DNA of 64,000 nucleotides from an uncultured Gemmatimonadales bacterium. Its GTDB lineage: Bacteria > Gemmatimonadota > Gemmatimonadetes > Gemmatimonadales > GWC2-71-9. The stretch lies in contig CAWJMT010000005.1 in the NCBI GenBank assembly GCA_963844035.1, forward strand, positions 32,001 to 96,000. The letters run 5' to 3'. A program made the position numbers and the translations under genes. Within the stretch, counting starts at the first letter, position 1, and the number at the start of each line of letters is the position of its first letter. Below, piece after piece: positions 10,238 through 19,207 of the stretch. Under the pieces are notes generated by a model. The model was not told the origin of the DNA. It saw only the letters and a list, made by a program, of their open reading frames with translations, and made no database searches.

Positions 10238-10755
10238 TCAGGGCGCTGAGAGGGTGAACACCACGACCAGCGAATAGTCGCCCGGGGTGTCGGCCGAGTA
10301 GGCCCACAGCGTCTTGTAGTACATTTGCGCGGACGCGTTGCCCGTTCCCGTCGCCCCGAGAAGAAGGTGACGGGGTGGTGGTGAAGCCGGTGTACGTGCC
10401 CCCGGAGCTCGTCGCCCACAGCAGATCGCCCGCCGGCTTCCCAGCCCGCGCGCCGTTGGCTGCCGTCCAGGCGGCCGCATTGGCGCTGACCTTCAAGGTC
10501 CATGCGCGATTCGCCTTGATCCCCGCGATGGGGCCGTTGTCGTTCTGGAAGCCCGCGTCGTACGCCGCCTCGTTGGGCGCGGTCGAGCGTCGTGGCAGCC
10601 TGGCTCACGGTCAGTCGCAGGACGGTCGCGACGGTCACCTTCACCGTGTCGTTCACGCTGCACGGGTTGGCAGAGCACGTGTTCTGTGCCTGCGCCTGCA
10701 CGCCGCTCAGAGCGAGCGCCAAGACGCTCAAGGCAATCTTCAGGGTGGTCCGCAT
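10238..10755 (-). CDS. secreted fimbrial-subunit-like protein (two indels)
   Basis: Sec signal ending AQA, N-terminal CxxxxC, Thr/Ala-rich beta content, C-terminal PGDYSLVVVFTLSAP strand; stitched from ORFs 10225..10755, 10170..10496, 10238..10480. Confidence 0.6.
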
Positions 10756-10848
10756 GACGTTGATTCTCTCGATCCAGGAGTTGGTCCGTCACGTCCGGGT
10801 GACGGTCCCGGGAGCCTGCTTCACGCTCCGTTCTGGGCCACGCCTAGG

Positions 10849-10863
10849 GCAAAGGACGTGCCG
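10849..10863 (-). promoter_or_regulatory. sigma54 -24/-12 promoter
   Basis: Minus strand CGGCAC-GTCCT-TTGC, with an AT-rich tract at about 10870-10950 upstream. Confidence 0.65.
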
Positions 10864-11090
10864 CATGCGACTATTTGTTAAACAGATGTCATAATATCAT
10901 ACATTTTTTCTCTCACAACTGTTGATAAACTGGTCGGTCATGTTGTTTTCGACCTCGCCAACTGGGCCCCAATTTCGTGTCGCAGAACACCATCCGTCAG
11001 TGCACCGTGCATCGGGTGCCAGGCACGCCTTGTGCGATGTCGATCCGAACAGAGTTTGTTGCGCTGAGCTTGCGCGCAACCAGTTTTGAT

Positions 11091-11124
11091 GCCGCATGAT
11101 GCACTATTTCGTGCATTATGCGGC
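11091..11124. promoter_or_regulatory. inverted repeat, candidate enhancer-binding-protein site
   Basis: GCCGCATGATGCAC-TATTTC-GTGCATTATGCGGC (14-bp arms, 1 mismatch); TGCAC-N6-GTGCA core. Confidence 0.45.
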
Positions 11125-11207
11125 TATTCTCATTCTCGGCCCGCGCCTTTTGGCGTGGGCCGTTCGCATTCATAGGCGGGTCCCCTCGCAGCCGTTGTGG
11201 CGCGAGA

Positions 11208-12470
11208 TTGTCGCATCCAAGGGAGGAAGACCTGCCTCGCGTAGTGGTAGTCGGTGCCGGCGCTGCCGGGACCATGGCGGCGATTTTCGCAGCGTCCGCG
11301 GGTGCGGACGTCCTGCTTCTCGAACGCACCGACGGATGGAGGACGAAAAATCCTCATCTCCGGCGGCGGGCGCTGCAACATCCTGCCCGCGCAGCTCGAC
11401 GAATCCCGGTTCGTGACCGACTCGTCCCCACACACCCTGCGCAACATCGTGCGCTCGTGGCCGCTCGCCGAGCAGGTCGCGTTCTTCGAGCGGGACCTTG
11501 GCGTGCCGCTTGTCGAAGAGGCCGAATCGGGGAAACTGTTTCCCGCGTCGCAGCGCGCGCGGGACGTCCGCGACCGTCTGCTCGCATACGCCGAGGGCCG
11601 CGGTGTGCGCCTCCAGACGAACTCCAGTGTCTTAGACCTGTCGCCATCGCCGACCGGCAGTGGGTGGCGCGTCATGCTCGAATCGGGATCCCCGGTCGAA
11701 GCCGACGCGCTGATCCTTGCGACGGGGGGGCTGTCGGTTCCTCAAACAGGGAGTGACGGACGCGGGCTGATGCTCGTCGCCCGGCTGGGCCACACCATGC
11801 ACCCCACGTACGCCGCGCTCACACCGATCACCGCGCACCCGGCGCCTTTCAGCCACCTGGCAGGTGTATCGCTCACAGTGACCATCACGGCCGAGGATGG
11901 TGCGCGGCGTGCGACTGCGACGGGCGGACTGCTGTGCACGCACCGTGGTTACAGTGGCCCGGCAGTGCTCGATGTGTCGCACATCGCCGTGCGATCAGGG
12001 TCCGACGCGCCGGCGCGCCTTCGGGTCCGTTGGGCCGGGCTCGAGGACGGCGTATGGGAAGAGCGTGCTGCAGCCGCAGGGAGCACGCAGCGTGGCGCGC
12101 GCGTTGCGCGACCATCTGCCCGAGCGGCTCGCGCTCGCGCTGCTCGGCGTTGCCGGCGTGGATCCGGCGCGTTCCGCTGGCGCAACTGCGGCGCGACGAG
12201 CGACTGCGGTTGTTGGAGCTCCTGGAACGCGGGGCGTTGCCCTGGACGGGACACGAAGGCTACAAGAAGGCCGAGGTGACCGGGGGCGGGGTGAGCCTGG
12301 CTGAGATCGACCCTCGAACGATGCAGAGCCGGCGGCACCCGGGGCTGTTTCTGTGTGGGGAGATGCTCGATGCGTTCGGACCGATCGGCGGCTACAACTT
12401 CGTGTGGGCCTGGGTCACGGGGCGCGCGGCCGGCCTCGGCGCGGCGCGGTTGGTCACGGCGAGCAGCTAG
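11208..12470 (+). CDS. HI0933/BaiN-family flavoprotein (indels)
   Basis: [65 protein letters not shown]. Confidence 0.88.
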
Positions 12471-12684
12471 GGATTCGAAGTTCGCCGCTGGACCTGCTCG
12501 ATTTCCGCCAGACATCTTCGGGCTGATCTGCAGCCCCAGATCGGCACGGCGCTCGCTTATGGTCCGGATGTTCCGCTCCAGCACGTTACTCAGTCGCCGG
12601 ATTGTCGTCGGTGGCAGCCGTCGTCAGTGGGGGGCGTCGGGGCGTTACTCACGGGACGCATCCTAGGGTGCGCGTGCTACAAGT

Positions 12685-13646
12685 CTAGTGACATACTCCA
12701 CCACCGCGATCCCAGCTGGTGCCGTTCACTCCCAGGAAGGCACGGCGATACGCGGCGGCGCCGAGGGTCAGCTTCAACACCCCGTAGTGGCCCTGCACCT
12801 GGTAGGCGCTGTTTGGGGCGGTCTTGGCCCGGAAGCCGCGCAGCACACCGCCCCCGGTCCCCGTGACGATTTGGGTGATGCCCTTGGTCGAATCCACGGT
12901 TCCTTCGGGGGTCTGCGGCAGGAAGCGCTCGTAGTCGTGGTCGTGACCGTTGAGGACGAGATCGACGCCGCCGGCGTACAGGAGCTGCCAGAAGGGCGCC
13001 ACCCGTCTATCGGACCCATGCCAGCCCGAGCTGAACCGGGGATGGTGCCAGTATGCCACCGTGCACAGTTGTGTGTTGCTCTTGAGATCCTGCTCGAGCC
13101 AGTCCAGTTGTGCTTTCCGCTCCGCGTCAGCGAACCCAACGTTCACCATGATTTCGCTGTTGAGGACGATGGCGTGCCATGCCCCCACGTTGTAGCTGTA
13201 GTATCCCTTGTTCGACGGGCCGGCGCGGCTTCCGAAATACTGGTAGTAGGGGGATGCCCCGCCGGAGAGATGTTCATGGTTCCCTACCGCGGGACGAATA
13301 TTCTTCATGATCAGCTTGGCAGAATCACCCCACGTTATCGCAAAGCACCTGGTGAAATCGCTCGCGGTGCCATTGGGGTAGGCGTTGTCGCCCAGCGTGA
13401 ACACTTCGTCGTGAACCTTGGCCGCACTGTCGGCGCGCAGCACGCTGTCGATCAGCTTGGCGGTCTTTGCCGCTCCGATGTTGTTGTCGCACCCGATGTC
13501 GCCGGTACCGATCAGGACCGACGCGCCACTCAGCGCTACCTCAGCGGCGGGAGCCTCAGCAGGGGGGGGAGTCAACTCGACGGCGGTGCGCACGTAAGAC
13601 CCACGCCGAGCAGGACGAGTAGCGCAGGGAACGAGAACGACCGCAT
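12685..13646 (-). CDS. exported calcineurin-like metallophosphoesterase (purple-acid-phosphatase-like; indel near 13590)
   Basis: GDIG, LGDNAY, GNHE, HHP, GHDHDYER, GTGG; hydrophobic N-terminus ending GLTC. Confidence 0.85.
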
Positions 13647-13720
13647 TCGGGTGACCCTTTTCACGGTGTGAGCATTGCCGCTGGTAGGACGGTGTCGAGA
13701 AAAAACGAGCAAGCCGTGAA

Positions 13721-16280
13721 TCAGCACCGTCCGCTCGTGTCCAGTCGCCGACACACCCTGATGGCGGTGGACGGGTCCGGAACGCCGATCCAGAACCCAA
13801 CGCCCACCGTCTTGTGCCACCCACCGGGTGACGCCCCATCGACAAAGACCCGGCCGGCGTCCGCCATTCCGAAGATTCCCACGTCCCACGGGAGAATATA
13901 CCCGAACCTGGCCAGCCGAACCCGAAGCTCGGCACCGCCGTATAGAGACCCATCCCCGGCGTACCGCTGCGTGTCGACACTCCGCAGCATGTTGCGGCCG
14001 CCGATGAACGCCGCATCGTGAAACGGGAAAGCCCCGTACAGCTTCTTGCCGACGCCGCGCAGGACGAGGATCGGATGCATAGGAATGGGGAACTTGAGAT
14101 AGGTCGTGGCAACTCCCGCGATCGCGCCATACTCGCTGGTGACATCCCAGAGGGCAGGGTAGACGTTGCCCGTGAGGTCCAGCGTGAGCCCGCGGGCCGG
14201 GTCTCTGGGGACATCCCGCGTGTCGTGATGCAAACCGAGCTGCAGACCCACCTGACCGAAACGGCCGAAACCGTACGGCTGGGTGAGCGAGAGGAATTTG
14301 TCGGGTGTGCTGTCGGTGACAGTGAACTGGACCACGGGTCCAAAGTACAGCTCGCTGCGGAGACCGTATGAGCGCGCGATGGCCGGTTGCAGCAGCCACT
14401 GGCGGTGTCGTGCATCAAAGAAGGCGATGCTGCTGGCCGCGCTCGGCACATCGTTGCCGTAGCCGTAGAAGCTGACCATCTCGAGCTGTGACATTTGAGC
14501 GGTGAGGGCAAAATGCACCGGGGAGTCTTCGCGTCGCTTATCCCATAAGAACGCGACCTTGAATCCATTCAGGCCCGATGAGTAATCAGCCCTCAGTCCC
14601 ACCATGCTCGAATACGGCCGGTGGCGGAAGCTGTAACGGTATTTCCTGAATCCCACACTCGGGACGACGCCCAGATCGCGGTACGTGCCCAGGCCCACCA
14701 CGGGCGTGACCTTGGTCCCCCGATCGCGGCCCGGCAACAGGAGGTGACCGTCTTGTTTGACCCAGGGCCGCCGGTTGAAGAACGTGTCCTTGGGGTACTC
14801 GACACCCTTCGTGTGTTCAACGTCGTACAGGTTCGCCCGCTGACCGTGACCGTCCACCCTGGACGAATCGATCAACCCGTTGGTGCCGTTCCCGCCGATG
14901 ATGCGGACGGGGATGCTCCGCTGAACCTTGCCGATGACGAAGGCGCTGTCATCGCCGCCGTGCAGATACACCCGGATTTCCGAAGTCTCCCGCGCGTCAA
15001 ACCGCCGCAGGAAGTACGGCGCGTTCTCCCCCGACTGCAGGCGCACTTCGACGATCCCGTCATTGCATCGCGTGACGGTGACCCGGTCGGCGGCGTCGGT
15101 GGCATGGATGTCGGCGACCGCGGCGAGCGCGGAGTAGAAACGGTTCGCCATGTCCGGCAGTCCGTCGCGGCGCTGCTTGAGGGTTTGGGCCATCAGCGGC
15201 GCCGACGGCTGATACTCCGGGGGCAGGGCCTGCACGCCGGCATCGATCACCGCATCGGTGACCCGTCGCATCAGTTCGCCGACTACCGAGTCCCACACTG
15301 GTTTCTCCAGCCCGCCCAGCATCCGCCGGTCGAACTCGAGACTGTTCCATGTCATGGCCCGGACGCTCGGGAGCGAGCCCTCGAACTCGGCCATGTTGGG
15401 ATACGGCTTCCGGGCCATGTCCATGATCACCCCGCCGGAGGCCGTAAACGCATGGTCCCGGTCGCGTGATATGGGCTCCCACAGGCTTCCGGCGCCCGGT
15501 TGGAAGCGAGCCCACTTCCATTGGCCTCCGTGTCGGTCCCAATCATTGAACAGCATGTCCATCAGGCGCGCGGTGAGGAGCGCGGGCGCGTCGAACCGCT
15601 GCACGCGGGTCGCTGTCGAGCAGCGCCAGCAGTTCGTCGCTGTCGATGATCTTGAGCGCGCCCGCAAAGCCGTCGCCGTGCTGCGGTTTGCTGGGGTATT
15701 GCTCGATCATGCCAAGGGTGCCGGCGAACTCCGCCCGAAACGTCCCCAGCGCAGGGTCGTCCGGCATGACCACGAAGACCGGCGTCACATGGAGCACGCC
15801 CGCGGCTTCGAGCATCGGCGCGGCGAGCAGGGCGCCCGCCGGATGGCTCGCGCTGACCTGATCGCGGAAAACCTTGTCCACCACCGTTCCCTTGAACCTC
15901 TTGGGCGTGGTGAGCTTGCTCTTGTCCACCATGCGGAAGACGTAGTCGACGCCATCCGGGTTGAGGAAGCGCAGCGACCGCGTTGTATTCCCGCCCCCCA
16001 CCTTGTCCGGGCGCAGGCCGCCGGCGAAGGTGCGCAGGTTCAGGACCTGCACCCGCATCGGCCTCCCCCAGAGGTCCCGATAGGTATCTCCCAGGAGCCA
16101 GCGGTGAAAACCACCCGCCTTGTACCGGGTGCCGGCGGCGATCACGACGCTCTCGTCGCCCGTCCCGCGCGCCGTCTCGGTCTTCGCGCTGGCGAGCGAC
16201 GGCGCGGTCTGCTGAGCGGCCGCGCGCGACGGCGCGAACGCCAGCAGCAGGGCCGCGAAGGCGAACCCGTGGTGCTTCAC
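13721..16280 (-). CDS. outer-membrane protein: atypical kinase-like domain fused to Omp85/BamA-like barrel (indel near 15605)
   Basis: Signal peptide; GGGNTTRSLR, YVFRMVDK, DMLFNDWDRH, PISRDRDHAF; C-terminal amphipathic strands with DTRD..P.RG, RYAGDGSLYGGAELR, DAGRVF, GVGFW. Confidence 0.75.
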
Positions 16281-17214
16281 GGCGCCTCTGGTTGAGCGCC
16301 GGCCAAGGGCCAGCGATACAGCGTGATAGCGGCGGATCCGCCACCCTTCTTCTTTGTTGGGGGTGCCGACTCGTCGCTGACAATCAAGAAGCTGTCCGGC
16401 GTGATCACGACTCCTTCGGGTTGGGCATGCTCTCCCGGAATCAAGCGGGCGAGGACCACCGTGCCGGCCGGCGTGATTTCCACGAGCGCCTTCTCACGTC
16501 CAGCGATGATGACGTAATTGCCGTTGAACGGGTCGATCGTGATATCGGACGGGTGAAAGCCATCCCACCCGTTCGATCCGATCACCTGGGTGAGGGGCAC
16601 GGTGATCTGGGAACGTTTCCCACTCCCGAGGTTCCAGCGAACGATGACCAGATCGTCCTTGAGACTCTTGGTTCGTACGACCTTGCAAGCGAGGAGCAGC
16701 GCGTGGCGGGCCGGCTCGAACGCCAGGCCCTCGAACTCGCACTCGCGGCCCAGCCCCGTGTCGTGGATGGTGTACTCCACGCGGGTGTCGTTGGCGCCTT
16801 CCTGGAGCATGTACAGCTTGCCGGTGCTGGCCAGCAGAATCACCGTGTCGCCGACGACCGTGATCGCTTCGAAATCGTCATGCACGGTCGGCTTCCCGAG
16901 CGAGAACTGCTTGACCACCACGCCGCGTCGATAGTCGATCTCGAGCACCTGACCCCGCTGGTCCCCATGCGTGAGGAGCCGCCCGTCGGCGGTCAACGCG
17001 AGTCCTGAAATCTCCTTGAGCTCTTGCGGCATGAGCCACCGGGCGATCGCGGCTCCGGCGTCGGGTTGGGCCGACGTTCTGGGCGAATCGGGCCTCCCGG
17101 GCCGCCAGCTCGGTGCTGTCCCCGCCCGGGGTTGCACTGCTGTCCTTGCGGCCCGCAGGCGGCTCCAACCAGCAGGGTGCCGAGGAGCCAGGCGGAACCG
17201 GGCAGCGCGGTCAT
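16277..17214 (-). CDS. SdiA-regulated/YjiK-type beta-propeller lipoprotein (indels)
   Basis: Lipobox-like LVGAAC; LKEISGL, DFEAIT, EFEGLAF, PSDITIDP, QPEGVVIT, IVSDE repeats. Confidence 0.7.
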
Positions 17215-18324
17215 CCGGCTGCTTCCGCCTTCTTTTCGAGCGCCCGCTTTTCGATCGGCGTGGGGTCGCTGATCTCCAGGTCGGCCGACACGATGCTGTC
17301 ACCGGCCGTCGCGCGGATGGCGGTCAGGAACTCGTCCCGGGTGGCGGACTTCCGTATCCGCACGAGGTAGTAGAGCTCGGAGGGCTTGCCGTCGTTGCTC
17401 ACGACGTCGTCCAGCTTCCAGCGTTTGGCGATCTTGTCGAGCACCACATGCACGAGCTGCTGCGTCTCGCTGAGGGCATTGGTGGTAATCGAGAGAATGG
17501 CATTGTACCGGGGCTTCTTTTCGTCGTGACCGAGGACATCGCCCACTCGTTTGAAGCGCGCCGCCAGGGAGCCGACCTGATTCGGGGTGAGCGCGAGCAC
17601 CAGGTCGCGGTCCGGTATCGTGTTGCCGTTGCGTTTCTCCGCCAGGTTGGCGCAGCGGCCCGGTCCACTGCGAGGACGCCGTCGGCTCGAGCACATTGCG
17701 GCCGAAGTCGTAACGCCAGATCAGGATCAAGAGGAAGTTGAACACGACGGAAACCACCACACCGACCGTGAGCGATTGCACGCCGGCCGCGAACCCGACC
17801 GCGATCGCGAGAAAGATGAACACAACATCCCGCGAGTCCTTGAGCGTGGTTCGGAACCGTACGGCCGAGACCACGCCGGCGAGGCTGAACGCCAGCGCGA
17901 GGCTATTTTGGACGATGAGGATGACCCCCGCAACGACGATCGGCAGGATGATGAGCGTTTGCACAACCGACTGGTTGTATGTCCGGGTGCGCTGCGCCGA
18001 CATGTACACCCACGACACCGGCAGCATCAGTGCGAGCGTGGCGAGCATGATCAGGAGAGTCGTGATCGCGAGCTCGACGGGAGGCGCGAGTTGCGCAGCC
18101 GGAGCCTTGGTCTGGCTCGACGTCAAACCGTCCTGCAAGAGCTGGGGGGCGGTCTGGGTGATCTGGTTCAACCGCTCGCCGGAAAACAGCGCGTTGCCGA
18201 TCGGGAAGAAATGCAGGAGGACGGCGCCAAATGCGGCCAGCGCGATGTAGTAGGCCACGAGGCGCAGGACCGGCCGCTCGGAGCTCAAGGTGAAGAAGTC
18301 CAGGAACCGCTTGAAGAAGCCCAT
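17211..18324 (-). CDS. DUF4956 membrane protein (indel near 17655)
   Basis: NSLALAFSLAGVVSAVRFRTTLKDSRDVVFIFLAIAVGFAAG signature; soluble C-terminal domain. Confidence 0.8.
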
Positions 18325-18549
18325 CCGTCCTCCTAATCAAATTGGGAGCGTCGCGCGGAACGCCGGGGGACACGGGGGTCACCGGTGCGCTTCCAGCCTT
18401 GCATGCTAGAATTCCCGCAGGATAGAGAAGAATGCACAGACGGCCGGGGGCCGGTCTATCGTTCCCTTGGATGATGTCCGGCGGGATGGGACGAATTCGC
18501 GGCGGGGCGGGGTATCACGCCAACCACCATTTGCGGAGGAGGATGTTGC

Positions 18550-19193
18550 ATGCTGAAAGGCGCACGAGTGGTCTTCATGTTTGTCCTGAGTACTGTCGGC
18601 GCCGGCAGCGTCGGAGCGCAGGACCTCGCGCAGCTGTGCCAGTCCGCCGCCCACGTGACCGTGGGCCAGTGGGCATCGTACACCCACAGCGGAGCCCAGG
18701 ACGACGGCGCGCAGGTGCGGTTCGCGATCGTGAGCACCGAGCGGCGCGGCGACAGCACGCTTCTACTGGTTCGAGGTGAAGCGCTCAGGGGCGGCCAACG
18801 CCTCGCACAACGGCGTCGTCCAGGTGCTCGTCCCGGGCTTCGGTGCTGAGATGATCGGGATCCGCGCCATGGTGATGCAGCAGGGCCAGCAGCCGGCGAT
18901 GCGGTTCCCGGATGAGATGGTCGGCATGATGGGCCAGCAGGTCGGGCAGAACACCCCGGTGCTCGGCATCGTGCTCCACTGCGCCAGCGCGAAAGTGATT
19001 GGATGGGAAAACGTGGTCACGCCATCGGGAACCGGTCCGTGCGTTGCACGTGACGGATCCCGAGGGAATGGAGGCGTGGCGTGTGGCGAACGTGCCGTTT
19101 GGCTTCGTGAAGATGCGTATGAAGGACGGCTCGGGGATGACGCTGGCGAGCCATGGCGCGAGCGCGACGTCGTCGATCGTCGGGATGCCGTAG
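18550..19193 (+). CDS. hypothetical secreted protein (indels)
   Basis: GGAGGA RBS, signal peptide, VGQWASY...W.EV, ENVVTPSG, VPFGFVKM stitched over three ORFs. Confidence 0.55.
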
Positions 19194-19207
19194 GCGCCGT
19201 CGAAGGT

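Noticed and set aside
10912..10930. IHF site in the AT-rich tract
   Set aside because: TATCAA-CAG-TTG is one base short of the WATCAA-N4-TTR spacing; not supportable.
12685..14568. Apparent Omp85-metallophosphoesterase read-through ORF (627 aa)
   Set aside because: The N-terminal half is an off-frame reading of the barrel gene; the phosphoesterase has its own signal peptide starting at 13646.
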